Part shown: positions 31,048 to 41,565 of the stretch, piece by piece
Numbering within the stretch: the stretch's first letter is position 1
How the letters are laid out: each line of letters begins with the position of its first letter
The notes under the pieces: model-generated
What the model saw: only the letters and a program-made list of their open reading frames with translations
Told to the model about the DNA's origin: nothing
Database searches by the model: none
Source of the DNA: an uncultured Verrucomicrobiae bacterium
GTDB lineage: Bacteria; Verrucomicrobiota; Verrucomicrobiia; Chthoniobacterales; Chthoniobacteraceae
Length of the DNA stretch: 64,000 bases
Reading direction: 5' to 3'
NCBI GenBank assembly: GCA_963769025.1
Contig: CAVYKI010000002.1
Coordinates: 320,001-384,000, forward strand
Position numbers and translations under genes: made by a program

Positions 31048-32385
31048 ATGTTCCCACTCCCTGCTTCCGTTGTGCGCGTCGTCGCTTTTTCCCTCGGCTT
31101 CGCCGCGGCGGTGCAGGCGGTGGATTGGCCGGAGTGGCGGGGCAGGGGACGGACGGGCGTCTGGAATGAGACGGGCATCGTGGAGAAATTTCCGGAACCG
31201 GGTCTGAAGGTCGCGTGGCGCACTCCGCTGAATGGCGGCTACAGCGGGCCGGCGGTGGCGGATGGGCGGGTATTTGTCACGGACTTCGCGCCGACGGAGA
31301 GGAAGGGCGGGATCGAGCGCGCGCTGTGCCTTGATGAAAAGACGGGCACGATTTTGTGGAAGACGGAATGGCAGGCGGACTACGCGGGAATCTCGTACGA
31401 AACCGGCCCCCGTGCGACTCCGACGGTGGATGGCGAGCGGGTGTACGTGGTCGGCGGGCGCGGCATCTTGAATTGCCTTGAGACGAAGACGGGCCGCGTG
31501 GTGTGGGGCAAGGATTTCGTCGCGGATTACGGGCTCAGGCCGCCGCAGTGGGGCACGGCAAGCGCGCCGATCGTGGACGGGCCGCGCGTGATCTGCGTCG
31601 CCGGGGGCGGCGCGCAGGGCGCGACGCTCGTCGCCTTTGACAAACTGACCGGCAAGGAACTCTGGCGCGCGATCGAAACGAATGCCGAACCGGGCTACGG
31701 GCAGCCGATTCTCATCGAGGCCGGCGGCGCACGGCAGCTGATCTTCTGGCACTCGACGGCGCTCTTTTCGCTGAACCCGGAGACGGGCGCGATCTACTGG
31801 CAGGTGGCGTTTCCCGTGCGGGTCGGTCTCAGCATCGCCACGCCTGTGCACAACGGGAACCGGCTTTTCGTGAGCGCATTTTACAACGGCTCGCTGATGC
31901 TCGAACTCGATCCCAAGAAACCCGCGGCGCGTGAGGTGTGGCGGAGCAGCGTGGCGAGCGAGATCAACACGGGGGAATTGCATTCGCTCATCTCCACGCC
32001 GGTCATCAAGGACGCGCACATCTACGGCATTTGCAGCTACGGGCAGTTCCGCTGCATCGCCGCCGCGGACGGCGCGCGCGTGTGGGAGACGCAGGAGGTC
32101 ACGCGCGAAAAGGCGCGATGGGCCACGGGCTTCATCGTGCCAAATGGCGGGCGATACTTCATCAACAACGACCGCGGCGAACTGATCATCGCCGACCTGC
32201 GTCCCGACGCGTACCGCGAGATCAGCCGCACGCAGCTCATCACGCCCGACAACAAGCGCGGCGGACGCCGCGAACTCGGCGCCGTAAACTGGGTCCATCC
32301 CGCGTATGCGAACAAACACATCATCACGCGCAACGAGCAGGAAATCATCAGCGCCTCTCTCGACGCGGCAGATTACGCGAAGTAG
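31048..32385 (+). CDS. PQQ-binding-like (BamB-type) beta-propeller protein
   Basis: DWPEWRGRGRTG, GYSGPAVADGRVF, GPRATPTVDG, AFDKLTGKELW, WVHPAYAN. Confidence 0.9.
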   Translation: MFPLPASVVRVVAFSLGFAAAVQAVDWPEWRGRGRTGVWNETGIVEKFPEPGLKVAWRTPLNGGYSGPAVADGRVFVTDFAPTERKGGIERALCLDEKTGTILWKTEWQADYAGISYETGPRATPTVDGERVYVVGGRGILNCLETKTGRVVWGKDFVADYGLRPPQWGTASAPIVDGPRVICVAGGGAQGATLVAFDKLTGKELWRAIETNAEPGYGQPILIEAGGARQLIFWHSTALFSLNPETGAIYWQVAFPVRVGLSIATPVHNGNRLFVSAFYNGSLMLELDPKKPAAREVWRSSVASEINTGELHSLISTPVIKDAHIYGICSYGQFRCIAAADGARVWETQEVTREKARWATGFIVPNGGRYFINNDRGELIIADLRPDAYREISRTQLITPDNKRGGRRELGAVNWVHPAYANKHIITRNEQEIISASLDAADYAK

Positions 32386-32399
32386 CGACGCCCCGGACG

Positions 32400-34119
32400 T
32401 CAGCGCGTCTCGGTGATCGCCTCGTCGGCCTGCGTGACGCGGACGATTTCCTCGACGGTCGTCTGGCCTCGGAGCACGCGGCGCCAGCCGTCGGTGCGCA
32501 GGCGTTTCCATGCCGTCCTGCGATGGCCCGGGCTTTCAGCGCGCTGCCGGTTTCCTTGCGGATGATCATGCGGCGCAGCTCCTCGGTGACGATGCAGACC
32601 TCGAAGATCGCGGAACGTCCGCGGTAGCCGGTCTGCCGGCAGGTGTCGCAGCCTGCGCCTCGGTAAAGCTTCGTGTCCGGGCGGCACGTGGAGCTCGATT
32701 TCGCGGAGGTAATCCGCATCGTAGGTGGCCTCCTCGCGGCAGTCGGCGCAGATGGTGCGCACGAGGCGCTGGGCGAGGAAGCAGCGCACGACGCTGGCGA
32801 GCAGGAAGGGCTCGATGCCCATGTCGAGCAGACGCGTGATGCCGCTCACGGCGTCATTCGTGTGCAGCGTGGAAAAGACAAGGTGGCCGGTCATCGCCGC
32901 GCGGATGGCGATTTCGGCGGTCTCGAAATCGCGGATTTCGCCGACCATCACGATGTTCGGATCCTGACGAAGGATGGCGCGCAGGCCGTTGGCGAAGGTG
33001 AGGCCGATCTCGGATTTCACATCGATCTGCGAGACGCCGGGGAGGCGATATTCCACGGGCTCCTCGATGGTGATGATGCGGCGCGAGGGCTGGTTGATGG
33101 ACGAGAGGAAGGAGTAGAGCGTGGTGCTCTTGCCGCAGCCGGTGGGGCCGGTGACGAGGATGATGCCGTTGGGCTGCGGAGATCATCTTTTTCATCTCGG
33201 CCATCTGCCGTGCGCCCATGTCGAGCCGGTCGATGCCGAAGGTGAGCGTCTCGGTGCGGGAGAGGAGACGCAGCGAGATGCTCTCGCCGTTCACCGTCGG
33301 GATCGTGGAGACGCGGACGTCGATCGCGCCGGCGACGGTGGTGAGATTGATGCGGCCGTCCTGCGGCAGGCGGCGCTCGGCGATGTCCATGTGGGCCATC
33401 ACTTTCAGGCGCGAGATGATGGCGCTTTGGAGCACGCGGAGCTGCGGCGGGCACGGCGACTTCGTGGAGGATGCCGTCGACGCGGTAGCGGATGCGGAGA
33501 TCGTTTTCGAGCGGCTCGACGTGGATGTCCGTCGCGCGCTCGGTGATGGCTTCGCGGATGATCTGGTTGACGAACTTGACCACGCTGGCCTCGGGATCGT
33601 CGTTCGTGATGTCGAGCGCGGTGTCCTGCTCGATGCTCTCGAAGGCGCGGTTGTTCTTGAGGATTTCCTCGAAGACATCCGCGCCGACGCCGTACAGCCA
33701 TGCGGAGCGCGCGGAGGAGCTGGCTGCGCGGGGTGAGCTGCCACTGCGATCTTTTTCCCGGCGAGCTGCTGCTGCGCGAGGCGGCGCGCGGTCTGGTTGA
33801 AGACGTCGTAGGTCGCGAGGACGACGGTGTTCTCATCCGGTGCCGCGACGGGGAGGATGTGGTGCTTGAAGACGAAGCGGCCCGGCAGGAGCTGGAGCAC
33901 GCCGCGCTCGATTTTCCCCGCCTCGATCTGCGCAACCGGCGTGTGGAAAATCTTCCCGAGTTCCGCGGTGAGGCGGGCTTCGTCGGCCTTTCCGGAATTG
34001 AGAACCTCGACCGTCCATGTGCCGCCCGCGGGCGGCTTGATGGCGAGCAGCTCTGCGGCGTCGTGATCGTTGACGCCGCTGGCCAGCAGGGCGTCGAGGA
34101 GGGCGCGGAGCTGGCTCAT
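32400..34119 (-). CDS. gspE: Type II secretion / T4P assembly ATPase GspE/PilB, several frameshifts
   Basis: [27 protein letters not shown], Walker [38 protein letters not shown]. Confidence 0.9.
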
Positions 34120-36593
34120 CGCCTGCGCGGGGTGCCGGTATCCTCGCGGAGCTTCGGCGCGGGACCGCGCAGCGAGGAGGGCTTCTCGGGCGTGATTCGC
34201 TCGCGGATGTTCGTCGGCAGGATGGCGCTCTCGAGATCCGCCGGGACATTGAATGCCTCGAATGTCTTTTCGCGCAGTGCGGCGGTCTCCGTCGGCGCGA
34301 GGGTGACGACCGGGCGCATGATCATGATGAGCTCGTTGCGGATTTTGGACTTGGTGTGCTTGCCAAAGAGCGGGCCGATGATCGGGATGTTCACGAGCTT
34401 GTTCACTCCGCTCTTGGCGTAGTCCTGGCTTTCCTTGATCAGGCCGCCGAGGATGAGCGTGCCGTTGTTGGGCACGGTGACGTAGGTCTTGAGCGCCCGG
34501 TTCGAGATGTTGGGGATGGCGTTGTTATCCACCGTCGTGGTGCCGGCCTGGTCGGAGATATTCTGGACGATTTCGAGCGAGACATCCTTGTCGCTGTTGA
34601 TGAGCGGCAGCACCTCGAGCCGGAGCTGGATGTCCTTGTATTGGATCGAGCTGTTGGTGACCAGGCCGTTGCTCGTGGTGGTGGTGGAGCTGAGGGAGCT
34701 CTGGATGCTCGTGGGCACGGGAACCTGCGAGCCCGAGGTGATGACGGCGCGCTTGTTGTTGCTGGTCATGATGCTCGGGCGCTGGATGACGCGGAAGCGG
34801 TCGGAGTTTTCGAGCGCATTGAGGGCGACGTTGAAGGTATTGCCCGCAGTGACGAGCCCGCTGACGCCGCCGGACCCGACGGCGAACGCCTTGCTGATGG
34901 CGGTCTGGTTCAGCAGGCTGTTGAGCCCGAGGACCGCCTGATTGTTGCTGTTGAATCCGACGGATGAACTGCCGGTGGTGCCGGTCGTGGTAGTCCCGGC
35001 CGTGCCTGTGCCCGTGGTGCCAGTGGTCGCAGACGGCAGAATGCCACCATTCCGGAGGATGTATTCCAGGCCGAAGTTCTCGTTCTTGGTCAGCGTGAGT
35101 TCGCCGATGATGCAGTGGATCATCACCTGCGCCTGCGGCACGTCGAGCTTGTCGATGACCGAAAATGCCTTCGCCGTGACGTCCTTCGCACCGACGATGA
35201 TGATCGTGTTCGAGCGCTTGTCGGCAATGATGGTGCTCTTGCCGACCTGCTGCGTGACGGGCTGCGTGTCGCGCTCGGAGGTGGAGAGCGTCTCGCCGCC
35301 GGTCGCGGAACTGGAACTGCTGGCGTTGCTGGAAGACTGCGTGCCGAGCGTGTTCTGATTCGTATTGCGGGTGGTCGGCTGCTGCGTCTGCGTTCGCGCG
35401 CCGGCGGCTCCGGCCGCTCCGCCTGCGGCGCCCGCGTCCTTTTCACCGGGATCCTTGATGGCTGCGACGACAGCGTCGATGACCTCCTCGACTGGCCGGA
35501 ACCGCAGCGGGCGCACGGCGGGCGGGGCGAGGGGGACCTCGGAATCGTATTCCGAGATGAGCGCCTTGATCAGTCTCATGTTCACCGGGCGTGAAACGAC
35601 ATGCAGGCGGTTCGTGCGCTTGTCCGCAGTGATGCGCACTTTTCCGACGACGAAGTTATCCTCCGTCGGTCCGGACCCGGCCGTACTGCCGTTGATCTGG
35701 ATGGAGAGATTTCCCTCGGTCGCCGGAACGCCGGGAGGCAGGGGGGCGCCGGATCCATCCGTGGTTGCGCGGACGACCCGTTGTTGCGTGGGAACTCCCG
35801 GAACGCCGGGCGATGCCTGCTGCGCCTGCTGTTTCTCGAAAAGCTTCTCGAGGTAGCCCGCGATCTCCTCGGCCTGCGCGTGCTCGAGGTTGATGAATTC
35901 GCTCACGACCTCCGCGGGCTCGACGTCGATCGCGCGGACGATGCGGATGAGTGTGCGGATGATGTTCGTGTTTTCCGTGACGAGGAGCGACTGCGACTTC
36001 GGCAGGGGAGTCACGCTGGACGTGCCGGCCTGGTTCGGCACGAGGATGCCGTTCTGGATGGTCGCCGCGAGTTCGGTCGGGTCGGCCCACGTGAGCTTGA
36101 AAAGATACATCACGGTCTGCTCCCCGGCGGGCAGCAGCTCCTCGCGATCGACAAATGGCACACCGACCGACTTCGGATTCTGGCCGGCGCCGGTGACTTT
36201 CCAGATCTTCGGATCCTCGGTCGGGACGATGTTGAAGCCATTCATCATCAGCGTCATCTCGACGAGCTTGATGGCCTCGGTCTGCGGGACCTGGCCAGAG
36301 ATGAAGATTCGGATCGGTCCGGCTAGCTGGGTGCTGTAGATGAGACGCCGGCCGGTCCATTTTTCGTAAAGTGCGAGCACGTCCTTCACGTCGGTATCCA
36401 GCATTTGCAGGGGGACGGGCGATCCCCCGCCGGGGATCGGGAACTGGTTGCCATCCGGAGCCGGCGGGATGGGAGAGGGGATGGGCGGGACGCCCGGAAC
36501 TGCGATCGGGGAAGGGACGGGCGGAGGCACCTGCGCCGGAACGCGCGCGGTGAAGAACAGGATCGAGGAGAGGAGAAGGTAGCGGCGCAACAC
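34116..36593 (-). CDS. gspD: Type II secretion secretin GspD
   Basis: N0-N3 repeats (ADKRTNRL, ADKRSNTII), IDKLDVPQAQVMI, GTLILGGLI, IPIIGPLF, NELIMIMRP. Confidence 0.9.
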   Translation of the reverse strand: MLRRYLLLSSILFFTARVPAQVPPPVPSPIAVPGVPPIPSPIPPAPDGNQFPIPGGGSPVPLQMLDTDVKDVLALYEKWTGRRLIYSTQLAGPIRIFISGQVPQTEAIKLVEMTLMMNGFNIVPTEDPKIWKVTGAGQNPKSVGVPFVDREELLPAGEQTVMYLFKLTWADPTELAATIQNGILVPNQAGTSSVTPLPKSQSLLVTENTNIIRTLIRIVRAIDVEPAEVVSEFINLEHAQAEEIAGYLEKLFEKQQAQQASPGVPGVPTQQRVVRATTDGSGAPLPPGVPATEGNLSIQINGSTAGSGPTEDNFVVGKVRITADKRTNRLHVVSRPVNMRLIKALISEYDSEVPLAPPAVRPLRFRPVEEVIDAVVAAIKDPGEKDAGAAGGAAGAAGARTQTQQPTTRNTNQNTLGTQSSSNASSSSSATGGETLSTSERDTQPVTQQVGKSTIIADKRSNTIIIVGAKDVTAKAFSVIDKLDVPQAQVMIHCIIGELTLTKNENFGLEYILRNGGILPSATTGTTGTGTAGTTTTGTTGSSSVGFNSNNQAVLGLNSLLNQTAISKAFAVGSGGVSGLVTAGNTFNVALNALENSDRFRVIQRPSIMTSNNKRAVITSGSQVPVPTSIQSSLSSTTTTSNGLVTNSSIQYKDIQLRLEVLPLINSDKDVSLEIVQNISDQAGTTTVDNNAIPNISNRALKTYVTVPNNGTLILGGLIKESQDYAKSGVNKLVNIPIIGPLFGKHTKSKIRNELIMIMRPVVTLAPTETAALREKTFEAFNVPADLESAILPTNIRERITPEKPSSLRGPAPKLREDTGTPRRR

Positions 36594-36753
36594 GCGCGTT
36601 GTGTAGCCGCGCAGGGGACACGGGTCAACTGATGCCTGCCTTGCCTGGCGGCTCATTTTGTAAAGGGATCGTGAGCGCGCCAACGGACCCCGGCCGGCGC
36701 CATCCGGAGGCCATGGTTTCGCTCTGCGCGGTCCCTTTGCTATCCGCAGTTTG

Positions 36754-37275
36754 CTACGCAGCCTCTCCCGCGCCCTGCTGCAGCTTGCTCCACTTTTCCG
36801 TGAGGTCGCTCGCGAGCTGCTGGACCTCGGAAGGATCGAAGGGCTTGCGAAGAATCAGCAGCCGGTCGGGCTTCCCGAGGCGATCGAAAATCTGCTCCCG
36901 CGAGTAGTCGGAGTAGGCCGTGCAGATGACGGTCTGCAGATGTGGCGCCACCTGCCAGATATGGTCGATGGTTTCCACGCCGTCCCAGCCCGGAGGCATG
37001 CGCACATCGACAAATGCCAGTGCAAAGGGATGTCCGTCGGTCTCGGCGCGTTTCACGAGATCGAGCGCGTCCCGGCCCTGGTAGGCGGAGGAAAGTTCAA
37101 ACTGCTCGCGATCCGGAGCCGGCGACGTTTCGCCGAAAAGCGCATCCTCCAGCGATGCGAGCGCGGGGTCGTCCGCCGCGGCGTTGCCGAGAATCTTGCC
37201 GAAGTCCTCGTGGATCGCACGGTTGTCGTCGATGATCAGGATGCGGCGGTTGACCGGGGGCATGGCGCTGTTCAT
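36754..37275 (-). CDS. Stand-alone response regulator receiver with acidic insertion
   Basis: RRILIIDDN, FVDVRMPPGWDG, ICTAYSD, ILRKPFD. Confidence 0.9.
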   Translation of the reverse strand: MNSAMPPVNRRILIIDDNRAIHEDFGKILGNAAADDPALASLEDALFGETSPAPDREQFELSSAYQGRDALDLVKRAETDGHPFALAFVDVRMPPGWDGVETIDHIWQVAPHLQTVICTAYSDYSREQIFDRLGKPDRLLILRKPFDPSEVQQLASDLTEKWSKLQQGAGEAA

Positions 37276-39449
37276 GCGGCTTTCTTTGCGGCGGCCGGCT
37301 GCGCGAGCGGCAGCGAAAGTGTGAACATCGCGCCGGTGCCGGGTCCGTCGCTGGTCCCGGTGAGGCTGCCGCCGATTTCCTTCGCAGCATTCGCCGCGCT
37401 GTGCAGGCCGAACCCATGCCCCGTCGCCTTCGTCGTGAAACCGTGGTTGAAGACGCGGGTGAGATTTTCCTGTGCGATGCCGCAGCCGGTGTCGCGGATC
37501 ACGATGCCCACGTGCTCCGCTCCGTTGCGATTTGCGGTGATGGAGAGCTTGCGTTTCGCGGCCGGAGTTTCCTCCATCGCCTGGCGCGCATTTGTGATCA
37601 GGTTGATGAGAATTTGCAGCACCTTGTGCCGATCGACGGACACCTGCGGGAGGGTGGGAGGGCAGTCCAATGCCAGGCTCACCGAGGCCCGTTCGAGTTC
37701 CGGGCCGGCCATGCGCAGCGCCTCGTCGAGCAGCGCGCGCGGCGCGAAGTCCTCCATGACGCCGGTGACCTTCGCATAGTCCTGCTGCATCGCGACGATG
37801 TCCTTGATGTGCGAGATGTTCTTCGTGAGCTGCTCGATTTCCGAAAGGCGGCCCTGCTGCTCCGCGTCGATCTGCTGCGCGAGCGTCGCGAGGTAGCCCG
37901 GCAGCATCTGGCCCTTGCCTCCCGGGCTGAAAAACGCGGGCAGGTCCGCCTTGTTCGCATCGAGGAGATCCGAGACTTTGCGGATACTGGCGGCCTTCGA
38001 TTTGCGGACGCTGTCGGAGAGGACGTTTGCGGAGACGTTCACGCTGTTGAGCACGTTGCCGACATTATGCAGCACGCCCGTGGCCACCTCCGCCATGCCG
38101 GCGGCGCGCGAAGCCTCCACGAGCTGCTTGTGCATTTCATCGAGCTGCCGCTGGGCGCGGTTGCGCTCGGTCACGTCGTTCGCGAGCACAATTTTCGTCA
38201 CCTTTCCCGCGAAGACAATCGCGTGCGCGGTGAGCTGCACCTCGATGATCTCGCCGTTGCGCTTCTTGTGCCTCCATTCGCCCGCGTCGAACGACTTCTG
38301 ACTCGTGCGGAACGCGCGCTCGACCGCGAGCGCCTCCGGACCTTCGGTGATGACCGGCAGCGAGAGCAGCAGGAATTCCGCCGGACCGTAGCCGTAGTGG
38401 CGGATGGCGGCGTTGTTCACGGCGACGAAATCGAGCGTCTCCAGATCCATCACCATCATCGGCATCGGATTGTTTTCAAAAAGGTTCCGGTAGGCGGTCT
38501 CGGAGTTCTTCAGCGCGGCCTCCGTCTGCTCCCGTTCGATGACCTCGCCGTGGAGCTGGCTCGTGCGTGCCGCGACGTTGGCTTCTAGATCGACCTGCGC
38601 CTGGCTCAGGGCTTCGTCCCGCTTCTGGACCTCGGCGAGCACGCTGTTGAACGTCTCAGCAATCCGCCCCACCTCGTCGTCACTGCGCTTCTCCGCTCGC
38701 AGCGCATAGTTGTTGTCCCTCGCGACCGAGTCGGCGAGTTGGGAAAGCTCGACGATTGGATCCGAAATCATCCCCTGCAGCCGCTTGAGCAGCAGCCGCG
38801 CGACGACGGCGGCGAGGATGCCGACGACGATGGTGATCACCGCATAAAGGCGCAGCCTCGCCCACAATTCGGAGAGGCTGATCTTCATCGCAATCGTGCC
38901 GAGCCTTTTTCCCCCATCCATCACCGGTTCGAAGTGGTTCAGGCCCGTGCCGCTGAGACGCGTGCCGGCAGGATGGCCTGGCTCGATGAGTCCGGGCAGC
39001 ACGGCGGGCACTCCTTTTGTCGGCCTGCCAAAGGCGCGCCCATCCGCCCCGTAAATCATCGCGCCCGTGACGTGCGGATAGTCCATCAGTGCGTTCAGCG
39101 TCGAAACCGTCGTGTGGGCGGTGCCTTGCTGGAGAGGTTCGCGGCTGTTCTCCGCGGCGACGCGGCTCAGCGATGCGAGCGAACTGCGCGTCGCCAGGAA
39201 CTGCGAGATGATGTCGAAGGTGAATAAGAGGATCCCGGAGAGCACGAGCGCCGCCGTGCAGGCGAGCATGGTGATGGCCGTCAGCTTCCGGCGGATCGGC
39301 TTTGGTCCGAGCCAGCACTTGGTCTTCCGCTCAAGGCGCGCGAGCAGTCCGGTGGATTCAACCGGTGTCGCGCCACGCGCCGCTGTCGCAGGCGGAACCG
39401 GCTTTGCCCCATCGGGGCCGATAGCCGGTCTCTGTTGAAGGTCGAACAT
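37272..39449 (-). CDS. Membrane sensor histidine kinase (periplasmic sensor, HAMP, PAS, HATPase)
   Basis: Two TM helices, DEVGRIAETFN HAMP, LFENNPMPM PAS, GMAEVATGVLHNVGN H-box, NLITNA, DTGCG, FTTK..GHGFGL. Confidence 0.92.
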   Translation of the reverse strand: MFDLQQRPAIGPDGAKPVPPATAARGATPVESTGLLARLERKTKCWLGPKPIRRKLTAITMLACTAALVLSGILLFTFDIISQFLATRSSLASLSRVAAENSREPLQQGTAHTTVSTLNALMDYPHVTGAMIYGADGRAFGRPTKGVPAVLPGLIEPGHPAGTRLSGTGLNHFEPVMDGGKRLGTIAMKISLSELWARLRLYAVITIVVGILAAVVARLLLKRLQGMISDPIVELSQLADSVARDNNYALRAEKRSDDEVGRIAETFNSVLAEVQKRDEALSQAQVDLEANVAARTSQLHGEVIEREQTEAALKNSETAYRNLFENNPMPMMVMDLETLDFVAVNNAAIRHYGYGPAEFLLLSLPVITEGPEALAVERAFRTSQKSFDAGEWRHKKRNGEIIEVQLTAHAIVFAGKVTKIVLANDVTERNRAQRQLDEMHKQLVEASRAAGMAEVATGVLHNVGNVLNSVNVSANVLSDSVRKSKAASIRKVSDLLDANKADLPAFFSPGGKGQMLPGYLATLAQQIDAEQQGRLSEIEQLTKNISHIKDIVAMQQDYAKVTGVMEDFAPRALLDEALRMAGPELERASVSLALDCPPTLPQVSVDRHKVLQILINLITNARQAMEETPAAKRKLSITANRNGAEHVGIVIRDTGCGIAQENLTRVFNHGFTTKATGHGFGLHSAANAAKEIGGSLTGTSDGPGTGAMFTLSLPLAQPAAAKKAA

Positions 39450-39489
39450 TTGCAGGTGCTGAGGCGTAAAGGGTTCTGCCCCCTGAGAC

Positions 39490-39505
39490 GCAGGATTTGC
39501 GCCAA
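39490..39505 (-). promoter_or_regulatory. Candidate sigma54 promoter for the kinase operon
   Basis: Minus strand TTGGCGCAAATCCTGC = GG-N10-GC, about 40 nt upstream of ATG 39449. Confidence 0.55.
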
Positions 39506-39549
39506 TTTGCCGCCGAATCTCACCCGGCCGCCCCCCCGCGGCAAAGCAC

Positions 39550-40242
39550 CTACACGCCGGGCTGTCCCGTCTGATCGCGCCCCGCCGTTTCCGTCTCGAT
39601 GCCGCCGGGCACCCAGAGGCCGGCGAGCGTGCGCGAGCCGTCGGTGTGGTGGTGAAGGGGCAGGATCGAGCAATTCGGCACCATGACGCCGTGCATGAAA
39701 TTGTAGAACCGGCGCATCGCCGTGGAGTCGATCACGGCGGGCCGTGACACCACAAGCCACGTGATCGTCTGCATGACCAGTCCGTGGCAGAAAACGAAAA
39801 TGCGGCGCTCCGGACGTTGGGCCGCCGTTTCGATCGCGTCGCTGACGCGCGTCGCAAATCCCGCGAACGACTCCGCGCCGGGCGCCGCGTAGTGCGGGTC
39901 GCAGCGCTTCCAGTATTCCTCGGATTGCGCGCGCCGCTCCTCCTGCGTCGTGTCCACGCAGAGCGCCGGGTCGAGGTACTGCACTTCCTGCACCGGCCAT
40001 TGCTCCACGCGCGCCCGCGGGAAGCGCCGGATCGCCGGCTCAGCCGTCTGCCGCGCGCGGACGTAGGGCGAAACGACGATCAATTCCGGCTCCACGTGCA
40101 GCGCCGTCGCGAGCTGTTCCGCCTGGCGGAATCCGAGCGGGCTCAGCGAATAGGTCGGCGCCTCGCGGGTCCGCGCGCCGGCGTTGGCGACACTCTCCGA
40201 ATGGCGGATGAACCAGACTTCGCGATGATTATTTCCCTGCAT
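39550..40242 (-). CDS. Histidine phosphatase (phosphoglycerate mutase family)
   Basis: FIRHSES (RHG variant), SPYVRARQTA, GAES, FCHG. Confidence 0.85.
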   Translation of the reverse strand: MQGNNHREVWFIRHSESVANAGARTREAPTYSLSPLGFRQAEQLATALHVEPELIVVSPYVRARQTAEPAIRRFPRARVEQWPVQEVQYLDPALCVDTTQEERRAQSEEYWKRCDPHYAAPGAESFAGFATRVSDAIETAAQRPERRIFVFCHGLVMQTITWLVVSRPAVIDSTAMRRFYNFMHGVMVPNCSILPLHHHTDGSRTLAGLWVPGGIETETAGRDQTGQPGV

Positions 40243-40486
40243 CCGACTCCAGCTTTTCAAATCGTCCCGCGAATACCTGCATCACCACGCCCAGCGCGAG
40301 AAAGCCGCCGCAGTACAGCCAGCGCGCGAGGAGGTATCGCTGGTATTTCGACTGCGGCTCGTCGCGCACGTGCTCGACGCTGGAATCGCCCCCGAGCGCA
40401 CGGACGGCGCCGGTGCGCATCGCATCCACGGCGGTCCAGCCGTAGAACATCGCGACTGCAAAACAAACGATGCCGAAAATGCGCAC
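40229..40486 (-). CDS. Small two-TM hypothetical protein
   Basis: 85 aa, two hydrophobic segments, fills the gap between sufT and the phosphatase. Confidence 0.6.
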   Translation of the reverse strand: MRIFGIVCFAVAMFYGWTAVDAMRTGAVRALGGDSSVEHVRDEPQSKYQRYLLARWLYCGGFLALGVVMQVFAGRFEKLESDAGK

Positions 40487-40489
40487 GTG

Positions 40490-41038
40490 TCAGATCAGCC
40501 CGAGCTTCATCTTCCCCGCCTCGGAAATCATCGCCTGATTCCACGCCGGTTCCCACACGAGTTCCACTTCCGCCTCGGCGACGCCCGGAACGCTCTCGAT
40601 TTTCGCCTTCGCCTCCGCTGCGATCGTCGGCCCCATCCCGCAGCCCGGCGCGGTCAGCGTCATCTTCACGTTCACCTTCGCCGGCTGCGTGTCCTGTTGC
40701 GCGACGGTGCAGTCGTACACGAGCCCGAGGTCCACGATGTTCACGGGAATCTCCGGGTCGTAGCACGTGCGGAGCTTTTCCCACACGGCCTGCTCATCCA
40801 CTTTCACCGGCCCGGCTGCGTCCTCGGCCGCCTTGGCGATGACCGTGATGCCGAGCGCGTCCGCATTGCTGTCCGTGATGCGCGCGAGCCCTTCGTTGGT
40901 CGCGATGGTGAAGCTGCCGCCGAGCGCCTGCGTGACGACGACGCGCGTGCCTTTTGCGATGTTGAATGTCTCGCCGCTCGGGATGCGGATGGCTTCGCAG
41001 TCGCGCGTGAGGGTTTTCGTTCCTGTGTGGTCTTCCAT
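40490..41038 (-). CDS. sufT: Fe-S cluster assembly protein SufT (DUF59)
   Basis: TQALGGSFT N-domain; TCYDPEIPVNIVDLGLVY, MTLTAPGCGMG, LVWEPAW. Confidence 0.92.
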   Translation of the reverse strand: MEDHTGTKTLTRDCEAIRIPSGETFNIAKGTRVVVTQALGGSFTIATNEGLARITDSNADALGITVIAKAAEDAAGPVKVDEQAVWEKLRTCYDPEIPVNIVDLGLVYDCTVAQQDTQPAKVNVKMTLTAPGCGMGPTIAAEAKAKIESVPGVAEAEVELVWEPAWNQAMISEAGKMKLGLI

Positions 41039-41045
41039 GAGATTG

Positions 41046-41562
41046 CTATTCGGCTTTGGGTTTCAAAATCACGCGCACGGGTTTCGGCGCGGTGTTCGGA
41101 GTCGGGGAAAAGCTGTCCATCAGCGTCGGCGCGTTCGCGGGCGCGGGTGCGGCCGGTTTCGGTGCGGATGCACCGGGCTTCGGTGCGGGCGCATCCGGAA
41201 AGCGCCTGGCGCAGCGCGCCCTCGACGAGTTGCGCGCAGTGGATGCGCATCGGCGGCAGCGGCCCCAGCGGCGCGCTCAGCGCCTCGCTGTCCATGGCCA
41301 TCGCCTCCTCGGGCGTCTTGCCCTGGATGAGCTGCGTGGCGAGGCTCGCGACGGCGATCGCCGTCTCGCAGCCGAAAGTCTGGAAAGTCGCCTTGTCGAT
41401 CACCTTCTTCCCGCCCTCCTCGCGGAACTTGATCCACATCCGCAGCATGTCGCCGCAGTCCGCGCTGCCTGCCGTGCCCACGGCGTCCGCATTTTCCATC
41501 TCGCCGAGATTCTTCGGCTCGCCGATGGCGTTGTCGATTTTCTGCTGAAGGTCGTCGCTCAT
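41046..41562 (-). CDS. IscU/NifU-like Fe-S scaffold with Pro/Ala-rich tail, frameshift near 41200
   Basis: CGD, FGC and HC ligands; the tail PDAPAPKPGAS..RVILKPKAE ends at TAG 41046-41048 in the shifted frame. Confidence 0.85.
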
Positions 41563-41565
41563 CGG

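Noticed and set aside
29551..32511. 986-aa minus-strand ORF and other long antisense ORFs (e.g. 660..2363, 8235..9752)
   Set aside because: These are shadow ORFs of real genes in high-GC DNA; in the 986-aa ORF only 29551-30858 is the real sulfatase.
34950..35400. Thr/Gly/Ser-rich repeats in gspD
   Set aside because: Ordinary low-complexity linkers of secretins.
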